Positions 55,464 through 63,527 of a stretch of DNA of 64,000 nucleotides are shown one piece after another (within the stretch, counting starts at the first letter, position 1; every line of letters starts with the position of its first letter). Source of the stretch: Solirubrobacterales bacterium (GTDB lineage Bacteria > Actinomycetota > Thermoleophilia > Solirubrobacterales > 70-9); NCBI GenBank assembly GCA_036265715.1, contig DATAON010000030.1:7593-71592 (forward strand), given 5' to 3'. Below the pieces are notes generated by a model. That model did not search any database and had not been told where the DNA came from. It saw nothing but the letters and a program-made list of their open reading frames with translations. The translations under genes were made by a program, and so were the position numbers.

Positions 55464-56420
55464 ATGAGATGGGCTGTCGCGCTGCTGGCGGCCGTCCTCG
55501 CACTTGCCGGCGCCGCCGGCTGTGGCGGGGATGGCGCGGAACCGGGCGTGCCGAAAGGCGCGAGCGTTGTGCTCGATTTCACACCGAACGCCGTCCACAG
55601 CGGCATCTACGTCGCCGCCGCCCGAGACCTCTACCGCGACGCCGGCGTCGATTTGAAGATCCAGCAGCCGGGCGAATCCAGCGACGCCCCGAAGCTGCTC
55701 GCCGCCGGTCGCACCGATTTCGCGATCCTCGACATCCATGACCTCGGGATCGCCCGCGAGCGCGGCCTCGACCTGGTCGGGGTGATGCCGATCGTCGGCG
55801 CCCCGCTGGCCGCGGTGATCGCCCGCGCCGACGGCCCGGTCCACCGCCCCCGCGACCTCGCCGGCCACAGCGTCGGCGTCACTGGGCTGCCCTCCGACGA
55901 AGCGGTGGTCGACTCCGAGGTCAGCGCCGACGGCGGCGACCCGGCCGCGGTCGAGGAGACCACGATCGGCTTCAACGCCGTCTCCGCGCTCGCAGCCGGC
56001 AAAGTCGACGCCGCGACCGGGTTCTGGAACGCCGAGGGCGTGGCGCTGCGCCAGCTCGGGGTGCCGGTGCGGATCTTCAAGGTTGACCGCTACGGAGCGC
56101 CGCGCTATCCGGAGCTGATCCTCACCACCTCCCGCAACACCCTGGCCGCGGACCCAGAGCTGGTCGACGCCGTGGTCGCCGCGACCCGGCGCGGCTACGC
56201 GCTAGCGGTCGCCGACCCCGACCGCGCCCTCGCCGACCTGCTCGCCGCCAACCCCACGCTCGACCGCGCCGACCAAGCCGCCCAACTCCGCGCCCTCGGC
56301 CCCGACCTCCGCCCCCGCCCCTTCAACCCCACGGTCCTCCACGCCTGGGCCGCCTGGGACCTCGAACACGGGCTGTTCTCGCGGCCGCTGTCCGTCGCAG
56401 CAACTTTCCGCCTGCCCTGA
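55464..56420 (+). CDS. ABC transporter substrate-binding lipoprotein (NMT1/THI5-like, NitT/TauT family)
   Basis: Lipobox LALAGAAGCGG. VLDFTPNAVHSGIYVA...GRTDFAILD pattern. Confidence 0.7.
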   Translation: MRWAVALLAAVLALAGAAGCGGDGAEPGVPKGASVVLDFTPNAVHSGIYVAAARDLYRDAGVDLKIQQPGESSDAPKLLAAGRTDFAILDIHDLGIARERGLDLVGVMPIVGAPLAAVIARADGPVHRPRDLAGHSVGVTGLPSDEAVVDSEVSADGGDPAAVEETTIGFNAVSALAAGKVDAATGFWNAEGVALRQLGVPVRIFKVDRYGAPRYPELILTTSRNTLAADPELVDAVVAATRRGYALAVADPDRALADLLAANPTLDRADQAAQLRALGPDLRPRPFNPTVLHAWAAWDLEHGLFSRPLSVAATFRLP

Positions 56421-56450
56421 CCAAACGCACTCCTGCGGTCTGGTGCCCGC

Positions 56451-56774
56451 TCAGTCAGCCAGCAGCCGCTCGACCAGCGCCGGCAGTTCGCGCGCCATGC
56501 GTGAGCGCGGCACCGCCAGGTCCAGGCCCGCCACGTCCGCCGCCCGCTTCGTATCGGCATCGACGTGCGAGTAGTAGCCGAGGACCGGCACCCCTAGCGC
56601 GGCCAGCGCCTGCGGCTCGGCCACTTCGAGGTCGGCGACCACGAGGTCGGCGCCGTCGAGGGAGGCGTCCTCCAGCGAGCGGGCGAGGATCACGTGGTGG
56701 CCGGCGCCGGTCAGCATCACGTCGACGCGGCTGGCCAGCATCAGGTCCTCGGCGATGCTGACGACCTGGGCCAC
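56451..56774 (-). CDS. Single-domain CheY-like receiver-fold protein (degenerate), hypothetical
   Basis: 107 aa with alternating beta/alpha pattern: VVSIAED, DLVVADL, VPVLGYYSH, LAVPRS. The conserved Lys position is Arg. Confidence 0.4.
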   Translation of the reverse strand: MAQVVSIAEDLMLASRVDVMLTGAGHHVILARSLEDASLDGADLVVADLEVAEPQALAALGVPVLGYYSHVDADTKRAADVAGLDLAVPRSRMARELPALVERLLAD

Positions 56775-56790
56775 AGCTAGCGGACGACCA

Positions 56791-57153
56791 CTAGATCGAG
56801 CGGCGCTGGCGGAACTCTTCGCGCACGCTTTCGGGCCGGCCCCACATCTGCACGACCTCCGAGCGCCCCTCGCGCACCTCCGCCACCGCGAGCTCGCCGC
56901 TGACGCCGTCGGCGTCGAGCTTGGCCAGCACGCCCCCGACCGTCTCCGCGGCGGCCGCGTGGCCGAAGCTGTGGGCGACGATCAGCCGCCAGTGCCACTC
57001 GGAGCGGTTGTAGACCTGGGCGTTGACCTGGCTGAGGGCGACGGCCGAGTCGATGTACTGGCGCTCGTCGTCGATCCGCAGGTCGACCTCGAGGTCGGTC
57101 CAATCCGGCGGCAGTGCCGCCAGGATCTGCTCGAAGTCGGTCGCCAGGCCCAT
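56791..57153 (-). CDS. Hypothetical protein
   Basis: 120-aa ORF with normal composition, 12 nt downstream of the SRPBCC gene on the same strand. Confidence 0.5.
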   Translation of the reverse strand: MGLATDFEQILAALPPDWTDLEVDLRIDDERQYIDSAVALSQVNAQVYNRSEWHWRLIVAHSFGHAAAAETVGGVLAKLDADGVSGELAVAEVREGRSEVVQMWGRPESVREEFRQRRSI

Positions 57154-57165
57154 CGGCTGCGAAGC

Positions 57166-57660
57166 CTACTCGCCCGGCGCGGCGGCCGGCGGGTCTGCGA
57201 AGCGGCGGCGCAGGCGCGCGTGGCGGTGGCGGAAGAAGGCGCCGATCAGCGGCGCCAGCAGCGCACCGGGCAGCGGCGGTCGCGGCTCCCAGGCGACGCG
57301 GTCGGTGACCAGGCATTCGCCCTCGCCCAGCGGCTCGATCGTGCGCTCGTGCTCCCAGAGCCGCTGGCTCAGCATCGTCGAGCGCTCGAGGAAGCCGCGG
57401 CCGGGCTCGATCCGCTCCAGCAGCAGGTCGTCATAGTCGAACGGGACCAGGCCGAAGAGCAGGATCCAGCTGCGCCCGACCGGCTCGCCGGGGACGACGC
57501 CCTCGATCCCGAGGTCACCGAGCCCCTTCGGCACGGTCATCCTCAACAGCGGCCGCATCTCGTCGTTGATCCCGGCCGGGGTGACGACCCGCGCCCAGAC
57601 CGCGTCGGCCGGCGCCGAGAGCCGCGAGCGCACCGTGATCTCCGCCCGCGTCTCCATCAT
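57166..57660 (-). CDS. SRPBCC (START/polyketide-cyclase-like) family protein
   Basis: METRAEITVRSRLSAPADAVWARV N-terminal pattern. ATGA overlap with the mntH stop. Confidence 0.6.
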   Translation of the reverse strand: MMETRAEITVRSRLSAPADAVWARVVTPAGINDEMRPLLRMTVPKGLGDLGIEGVVPGEPVGRSWILLFGLVPFDYDDLLLERIEPGRGFLERSTMLSQRLWEHERTIEPLGEGECLVTDRVAWEPRPPLPGALLAPLIGAFFRHRHARLRRRFADPPAAAPGE

Positions 57661-58973
57661 CCGAAGAACAACTGCTCGATCAAGAACACGTTGAGGGCGA
57701 TGATCATCGCCGCCAGCAGGCCGGCGAAGGCGCTGAGCCAGCGCGGGTTGGCCAGCTCCCCCATCACCTCGCGCTTGCTGGCGATGATCAGCAGCGGCAC
57801 CAGCGCGAAGGGGATCCCGAACGAGAGCACGACCTGGCTGCCGACCAGGGCGTCGGTCGGGTTGATCCCGATCGCCAGCACCAGCAGCGCCGGCGCCAGG
57901 GTGATCGCGCGGCGGAAGAAGAGCGGGATGCGGCGGCGGATGAAGCCCTGCATCACCACCTGGCCGGCCATCGTCCCGACCGAGGAGGAGGCGAAGCCGG
58001 AGGCCAGCAGGGCTACTCCGAAGATCGCCGCGGCGCGGTCGGAGACGAGCTGCTGGAAGCCTTCGTAGGCGCCTTCGATCGAGTCGACCCCGGTCAGCCC
58101 GCTCTGGTTGAAGAGGGCGGCGGCGACGATCATCATCGAGAGGTTGACCAAGCCGGCGAGCGAGAGCGCGATCACCACGTCGACTTTCTCGAAGCCGAGG
58201 ATCTTCTTTTTCTCCGCCGCGTCGCGGCCGACGATGCGCCGCTGGGTCAGCGCCGAGTGCAGGTAGACGACGTGCGGCATCACCGTCGCGCCGATGATCC
58301 CGGTCGCCAGCAGGATGCTTTCAGTGCCTTCGAAGCCGGGCACGAACATGTGCTTGGCGACTTCGCCGCCGTCGGGGCTGGAGTCGATCAGCTCGTAGAC
58401 GAAGGAGGCGACGACGACCCCGACCAGGACCGTGATCCCGGCCTCGAGGCGGCGGTAGCCCTGCTGCTGCAGGGCGAGGATCGCGAAGGCGCCAGCGCCG
58501 GCGATCAGCCCGGCTCCGAACAGCGGGATCCCGAACAGCAGGTGCAGCCCGAGCGCGGCCCCGACCACCTCGGCGATGTCGGTCGCCATCGCCACCACCT
58601 CGGCCTGCAGCCAGAGGCCGATCGAGGTGCGGCGGCTGAAGCGCTCGCGACAGAGCTCGGCGAGGTTCTTGCCGGTGGCGATCCCCAGCTTCGCCGACTG
58701 GGTCTGGACCAGCATCGCGATCAGGTTGGCGCTGAGCACGACCCACAGCAACAGGTAGCCGAACTTGGCGCCGCCGGCGATGTTGGTGGCGAAGTTGCCG
58801 GGGTCGATGTAGGCGACCGCGGCGATGAAGGCCGGGCCGAGGAAGGGCCAGATGCGGCCAATCCCGCGGTTGTGACCGTCGAGCGAGCGGCGCGCCGCCG
58901 CGGCGACCGCGGCCTCGCCGGGGAGGACGCCTTCGACCGCGTCCAGGTCGCTGCGCCGGAACAGCGGCTTCAG
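57657..58973 (-). CDS. mntH: Nramp-family Mn2+/Fe2+ transporter MntH; start codon unresolved
   Basis: Canonical GATVMPHVVYLHS (TM6). The TM1 block FLGPAFIAAVAYIDPGNFATNIAGG is encoded in frame at about 58770-58850, upstream of the track start (TTG 58751). Provisional start is CTG 58973, with GGAGA 6 nt upstream. Confidence 0.85.
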   Translation of the reverse strand: MKPLFRRSDLDAVEGVLPGEAAVAAAARRSLDGHNRGIGRIWPFLGPAFIAAVAYIDPGNFATNIAGGAKFGYLLLWVVLSANLIAMLVQTQSAKLGIATGKNLAELCRERFSRRTSIGLWLQAEVVAMATDIAEVVGAALGLHLLFGIPLFGAGLIAGAGAFAILALQQQGYRRLEAGITVLVGVVVASFVYELIDSSPDGGEVAKHMFVPGFEGTESILLATGIIGATVMPHVVYLHSALTQRRIVGRDAAEKKKILGFEKVDVVIALSLAGLVNLSMMIVAAALFNQSGLTGVDSIEGAYEGFQQLVSDRAAAIFGVALLASGFASSSVGTMAGQVVMQGFIRRRIPLFFRRAITLAPALLVLAIGINPTDALVGSQVVLSFGIPFALVPLLIIASKREVMGELANPRWLSAFAGLLAAMIIALNVFLIEQLFFG

Positions 58974-59443
58974 CGCGGTCTCCGCTCGGTCGCGGGGGGC
59001 AGCAGGTCCGGGCCGGGGATCGGCGAGCCGTGCGGGTCGTGGCTCGGTTCGCCGAGCTTGGCCGCCATCAGCGCCTCCATCTCCTCGGAGATGTAGTGCT
59101 CCAGCACCTCGGCCTCATCGTGGATGCGGTCGGGGTCCATCCCCAGCGCCTCGGAGAGGTAGGCCTCGATCAGCCGGTGGTGGCGGATCACCTCCAGCGC
59201 CACCCGCTCGCCGGCCGGGGTCAGGGTGACCCCCTTGTAGGGCAGGTAGTCGACCAGCCCGAGGTCGGCGAGCCGCTTCAGCATCGAGGTCGCGGTCGCC
59301 GGCGTCACCCCGAGCCGCTGGGCGACCTCGCCGTTGAGGACCAGCCCGTCGCGCTCGCGGGAGATCGTGTAGATCGCCTTCGCGTAGTCCTCGATCGCCT
59401 CGGTGCTGGGGTCGCGGCGCGAGCGACTCGGCTCGGTGACCAT
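58970..59443 (-). CDS. mntR: DtxR/MntR-family metal-dependent transcriptional regulator
   Basis: Only the last 157 aa of track ORF 58970..60769 are used. They contain EDYAKAIY, ATATSMLKRLADLGLV (wHTH), HHRLIEAYL and HDEAEVLEH. Confidence 0.85.
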   Translation of the reverse strand: MVTEPSRSRRDPSTEAIEDYAKAIYTISRERDGLVLNGEVAQRLGVTPATATSMLKRLADLGLVDYLPYKGVTLTPAGERVALEVIRHHRLIEAYLSEALGMDPDRIHDEAEVLEHYISEEMEALMAAKLGEPSHDPHGSPIPGPDLLPPATERRPR

Positions 59444-60720
59444 CAGACCGAGACCAGCAGGCTGGTGAAGTAGAGGGCGGCGATGCCGGCGAGCATCCCC
59501 GCGACGGTGGACGGATAGAGCAGGCGACCGGAGCGGTCGCGCATCGCCGGGGCGATCTGGACGATCACGCGGACGATCGCGCCGACGCCGACGCCGAACA
59601 GCAGCGCCGCCAGGCTCGGGTTGAAGGCGGAGGCGCCGATCCAGGCGCCGAGGATCGCCGGCGCGCCGGCGATCAGGCCGAGCCCGAGCAGGCGCCCGAG
59701 CCCGAGGCGCGAGTCGGCGCCGTCGTCGCGGCCGCGCAGCGGCGCCACGATCGCCAGGCCCTCGGTGGTGTTGTGGATCGCGAAGCCCACGACCAGGAAT
59801 GCTCCCAGGGCGAGTGCCCCGGTCGCGTAGGCGGAGCCGATCGCCAGTCCCTCGCCGAGGTTGTGCAGCCCGATCCCGATCGCCACCAGCAGCGCCATGT
59901 AGGCGCCGCTGTTGCTGCCAGCGCTTTTGACTTTTGTAACCCCCTGGGCGACAAAGGTCAAAGGCTCCTCGGCCCGACCTTCGGCCCGTTCGGCGCGGCC
60001 GTGGAGGTAGCCGTCGATACCGGCCAAGACCAGGTAGGCGACCAGCGCTCCGGCGAAGACGAGGCTGGCGCCCCCGAAGGCGGCCGGGGCGCCGGCGGCG
60101 ATCTCCAGGCCCTCGAGGCCGGCGTCGATCGCGAGGAAGGCGAGCAGGCCGACGGTGAAGGCCAGCAGCGTCGCCATCCACTGCGAGCCGAGCCGGCGCA
60201 GGAAGGGCAGCCAGAGCATCCCCAGGCTGACCGGGATCACGCCGACGTAGATCCCCAGCAGCGCCATCAGCCCGTAGAAGCTGGCGTCGGCCTCCGGGGT
60301 CTCGGTGGCGACCGAGATCGAGGCTTCGATCGTGCCGCCGGTGGCGGTGAGGACGAAGATCTCGTAGGCCTCGCCTTCGATCCAGGGGTAGGCGATGTCC
60401 AGGGTGGTGGAGCCGAGACGGCCGATCTCCCTGGTGCCGGCCGTGAACGGCGCGTAGGCGTCGTTGACGGCGACCTGGGCGACTTCGACCGGGTCGGGGC
60501 CGTCGTTGCGCAGGGTCAGCGCGATCCGGCCCGGGTGCAGCTCGGTCTTCTCGACGCTGACTTCCTCGACCGGCGGCCCGGTGCGCTCGCCGAGGCCGGG
60601 GCCGCCGAGCAGCGCGAAGGAGCCGATCGCCACCGCGATCAGGGCCAGCGGGATCACCCCCAGCGCCCAGGCGGGAAGACCGCTCCCGACCGGCCGCTCG
60701 GCCCGGGCTCCGGCCTCCAT
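59443..60720 (-). CDS. ZIP-family metal transporter with an N-terminal extracytoplasmic domain of about 130 aa
   Basis: GLHNLGEGLAIG and HNTTEGLAI ZIP blocks. ATG 60720 shares a base with the upstream stop (TGATG). Confidence 0.8.
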   Translation of the reverse strand: MEAGARAERPVGSGLPAWALGVIPLALIAVAIGSFALLGGPGLGERTGPPVEEVSVEKTELHPGRIALTLRNDGPDPVEVAQVAVNDAYAPFTAGTREIGRLGSTTLDIAYPWIEGEAYEIFVLTATGGTIEASISVATETPEADASFYGLMALLGIYVGVIPVSLGMLWLPFLRRLGSQWMATLLAFTVGLLAFLAIDAGLEGLEIAAGAPAAFGGASLVFAGALVAYLVLAGIDGYLHGRAERAEGRAEEPLTFVAQGVTKVKSAGSNSGAYMALLVAIGIGLHNLGEGLAIGSAYATGALALGAFLVVGFAIHNTTEGLAIVAPLRGRDDGADSRLGLGRLLGLGLIAGAPAILGAWIGASAFNPSLAALLFGVGVGAIVRVIVQIAPAMRDRSGRLLYPSTVAGMLAGIAALYFTSLLVSV

Positions 60721-61883
60721 CAGGCCTTGCCCCCGCCCCACGGCAGCTCGCAGTACATCGCCGCGGCATTGGCGGCGGCCATCTGCGCGGGGTCGCCGAC
60801 GCGGAAGAAGCCGGACCAGCCGAGCTCGGCGAACTCGCTGACGTGGGCGTGGAACATGTAGTCGCCGTCGTAGGGGAACTCCATCTCCAGCACCGCCCGC
60901 TGCCCCTGCCCCTGGATGATCGTGTCGGTGAGTTCGGTCGGGGTCAGCGAGGTCCCGGTCGGGAAGTGCTGGAAGAAGTTGCCGTGGACGTGGAAGGAGT
61001 TGACCGGGTCGTACTCGAGCACGTTGACCAGGTAGACCCGGACCAGCTCGTTACGCGGGACCAGGATCGGCTCGTTGACGTAGTGGAAGCCGACCGTGTT
61101 GACCGCGTAGACCTCGTTCAGGAGGTCGAAGTTGGTGTCGAAGCCGTTCATCACCATCACCATCTCGTCGGCTTCGGGGCGGCCCCGCTTGGGGTCGATG
61201 ATGAAGGCGCCGTAGAGGCCGCGGGAGATGTGCGCGGCCAGCGGCGCCACGTGGCAGTGGTAGAGGTGGACGCCGAAGGGGGTGGCGTCGAACTCGTAGG
61301 TGAAGGCCTCGCCCGGTTCGATCTGGCCGCCGCCGCGGGCCTCGCCGATCCCCGGCATCCCGTCCATCAGGGCCGAGTGGATGCCGTGGAAGTGCATCGT
61401 GTGCGGGTGTTCGGAGCCGTTGACGAAGCGGATCCGCAGCAGCTCGCCCTCGCGCGCCCGCAGGGTCGGGCCGGGGACGCGGCCGTTGTAGGTCCAGGCC
61501 TCGTACTTGACCCCGGGGGCCACTTCGATCTCGCGATCGGCGGCGACGATCTCCCATTCGCGCACGACCCGGCCGCTGGGCAGCCGCCGCGTCTTGCCGT
61601 AGTCGAAGTCGCGCAGCAGCTCGGTCGGGTGGAAGCCGTTCGCCCTGTGATTGACGCTGCGGCCGCCGGCGAAGGTCGCGTGGTGAAAGCCGCCGTGTCC
61701 GGAGTGGCCGGGCAGCGGCTCGGCCGCGGCCGGCCCCTCGGCGGCGACCGCGGCGCCGGAGCCCGAGAGCAGCTGGTTGAGCCCGATCGCCGCCGGCACG
61801 CCGACCGCCGCCGCGCCCCCGAGCAGGCGCCTGCGGCTGATCCCGTTGTCGCTTGTCTGAGCCACCGCCGGAGATTTTGACAC
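60720..61883 (-). CDS. Tat-secreted two-domain multicopper oxidase
   Basis: Twin-arginine motif SRRRLL. Copper-ligand blocks HTMHFHGIH, YHCHVAPLAAHISRGLYG (HCH) and FHAHV. GTG 61883 is preferred over GTG 61946, because the codons between them are A/T-ending and atypical for this genome. Confidence 0.8.
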   Translation of the reverse strand: MSKSPAVAQTSDNGISRRRLLGGAAAVGVPAAIGLNQLLSGSGAAVAAEGPAAAEPLPGHSGHGGFHHATFAGGRSVNHRANGFHPTELLRDFDYGKTRRLPSGRVVREWEIVAADREIEVAPGVKYEAWTYNGRVPGPTLRAREGELLRIRFVNGSEHPHTMHFHGIHSALMDGMPGIGEARGGGQIEPGEAFTYEFDATPFGVHLYHCHVAPLAAHISRGLYGAFIIDPKRGRPEADEMVMVMNGFDTNFDLLNEVYAVNTVGFHYVNEPILVPRNELVRVYLVNVLEYDPVNSFHVHGNFFQHFPTGTSLTPTELTDTIIQGQGQRAVLEMEFPYDGDYMFHAHVSEFAELGWSGFFRVGDPAQMAAANAAAMYCELPWGGGKA

Positions 61884-61927
61884 ATCTAAACCCTGAATTT
61901 CGATCCGTCTAAATCCCCCCCTCGCCG

Positions 61928-61972
61928 GGTGATCGCCATTTCCCACCCATACGGGGTGAAATGGCGATCACC
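61928..61972. promoter_or_regulatory. Long perfect inverted repeat in the divergent MCO / ygfZ intergenic region
   Basis: GGTGATCGCCATTTC (61928-42) pairs with GAAATGGCGATCACC (61958-72). An inner ACCC/GGGT pairing surrounds a 5-nt loop. Confidence 0.4.
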
Positions 61973-61994
61973 TGAGCCGGGGGGGCGGGGCTCG

Positions 61995-62000
61995 TAGGAT
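61995..62000 (+). promoter_or_regulatory. -10-like TAGGAT, 8 nt upstream of ATG 62009 (ygfZ)
   Basis: TAGGAT-ttggggag-ATG. Confidence 0.4.
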
Positions 62001-62008
62001 TTGGGGAG

Positions 62009-62965
62009 ATGGCGACCGAGACCGAGATCGAGCTCGATGCGCAGTATCGGCAGCTGCGCGAGGAGTGCGGGCTGCTGGAGCGCTCCGAGCTTGGGCATAT
62101 CGCCGTCACCGGCACGGACGCGGCCGAGTACCTGCAGGGGCAGCTGACCAACGACACCGAGGCGCTGGAGCCGGGCGACGGCCTCTACGCGGCGCTGCTC
62201 GACCGCAAGGGGCACATGCAGTCGGACATGCGGGTGCTGCGGCCGGGCGATGGCCCCGACCTCTGGATCGACCTCGAGGCGAGCGCCCTGCCCGCGGTCC
62301 TCAAGCACCTGACGATGTACTCGATCGGCCGTGACGTCGCCGTCGCCGATGCCAGCGCCGAGCGCGTGATCCTCTCCCTGATCGGCCCCCGCAGCGTCGA
62401 GCTGGCCGGGACCGCGGCGCTGCCCGAGAACGCCTGCGAAGAGACCAGCGTCGCCGGGGTCGCGTGCGTCGCCGCCGGCACCCCGAGTGGAATTGACCTT
62501 GTCGCCCCCGCCGCCGAGGCCGAGCGCCTGCGCGCCGCCCTGGTCGAAGCTGGCGCCGTGCCAGTCAGCGCCGCGGCGGCGGAGATCCTGCGGATCGAGG
62601 CCGGGGTGCCGCGCTACGGGGCCGAGATGGGCGCGGAGACGATGCCCGCCGAGGCCGGCATCGTCGAGCGCGCGGTCAGCTTCACCAAGGGCTGTTACAT
62701 CGGCCAGGAGACGGTCGCCCGCCTCCACTACAAGGGCCGCCCCAACCGCCACCTGCGGGGGCTGCGACTGAGCGCCCCGGCGGCGCCCGGGGCGGCGCTG
62801 GTGCTGGGCGAGAAGGAGGTCGGCAGGCTCGGCAGCGCCGCCGTCTCCCCCGCCCTCGGCCCGATCGGGCTGGCGATCCTGCGCCGCGAGGCGGAGCCCG
62901 GCACCGAGCTCGCCGTAGGTGAAGATGGCGTTACGGCTGAAGTAACCGCCCTCCCCTTCGGCTAG
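62009..62965 (+). CDS. ygfZ: YgfZ/GcvT-like folate-binding protein
   Basis: KGCYIGQE signature and aminomethyltransferase-like N-domain. Confidence 0.85.
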   Translation: MATETEIELDAQYRQLREECGLLERSELGHIAVTGTDAAEYLQGQLTNDTEALEPGDGLYAALLDRKGHMQSDMRVLRPGDGPDLWIDLEASALPAVLKHLTMYSIGRDVAVADASAERVILSLIGPRSVELAGTAALPENACEETSVAGVACVAAGTPSGIDLVAPAAEAERLRAALVEAGAVPVSAAAAEILRIEAGVPRYGAEMGAETMPAEAGIVERAVSFTKGCYIGQETVARLHYKGRPNRHLRGLRLSAPAAPGAALVLGEKEVGRLGSAAVSPALGPIGLAILRREAEPGTELAVGEDGVTAEVTALPFG

Positions 62966-62976
62966 ATTCAGGCCCG

Positions 62977-63462
62977 ATGGGTCGTGGGAGAGCCAGAGTT
63001 GGGGTTGCCGGCGTCATCGGCGCGATCGCGCTCGCGCTGGCCGGCTGCGGGGCCGAGAGCCACCCCAACGAGCCGCGCCCGCAGGTCGCGACCCGGGTCA
63101 GCGTGACGATCAGCGAAGGAGCGGTCACCGTGCAGCCGGGCGGGATCGGGATGGGCCCGGACCGCACCCAGCAGATCCCCCAGAACCAGAGCCACCCGCA
63201 GCCGCCGATCAAGACCGACGCGCCGCTCGACGTCGTCTTCGTCGCCGCCAACCAGACTCAGACGGACTCGAAGCTGGAGGTGATCGGGCCGAAGGACGCC
63301 ACCTCCGGCCCGCTGAGCGCCGGCAGCCCGGGCAGCTTCCAGACCAGCCTGCCGACCGGGACCTACGTGATCACCGCCCCGGACATCCCTTCCGCCCGCC
63401 CGGGCAAACTCGTCGTCGGCCCCTACCGGGCCTCGAGCGAGAACGACGTGCTGCTGCCCTGA
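62977..63462 (+). CDS. Hypothetical lipoprotein
   Basis: Lipobox LALAGCG. Small beta-rich domain (possibly cupredoxin-like, weak call). Confidence 0.55.
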   Translation: MGRGRARVGVAGVIGAIALALAGCGAESHPNEPRPQVATRVSVTISEGAVTVQPGGIGMGPDRTQQIPQNQSHPQPPIKTDAPLDVVFVAANQTQTDSKLEVIGPKDATSGPLSAGSPGSFQTSLPTGTYVITAPDIPSARPGKLVVGPYRASSENDVLLP

Positions 63463-63464
63463 GG

Positions 63465-63496
63465 AACGGGGCGCGGACCGATGCCCGCGCCCCGTT
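63465..63496. terminator. Bidirectional intrinsic terminator
   Basis: AACGGGGCGCGG (63465-76) - 8-nt loop - CCGCGCCCCGTT (63485-96), followed by T. It lies between convergent stops at 63462 and 63528. Confidence 0.6.
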
Positions 63497-63527
63497 TCCC
63501 TCGCCCGCTGGTCGCGGCCAGCTGCGC

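Noticed and set aside
59444-60769. The N-terminal ~440 aa of track ORF 58970..60769 (599 aa).
   Set aside because: Only the last 157 aa, from MVTEPSRS, form a coherent DtxR/MntR protein. The upstream part is Arg/Pro/Gly-rich and occupies an alternative frame of the ZIP gene (59443..60720).
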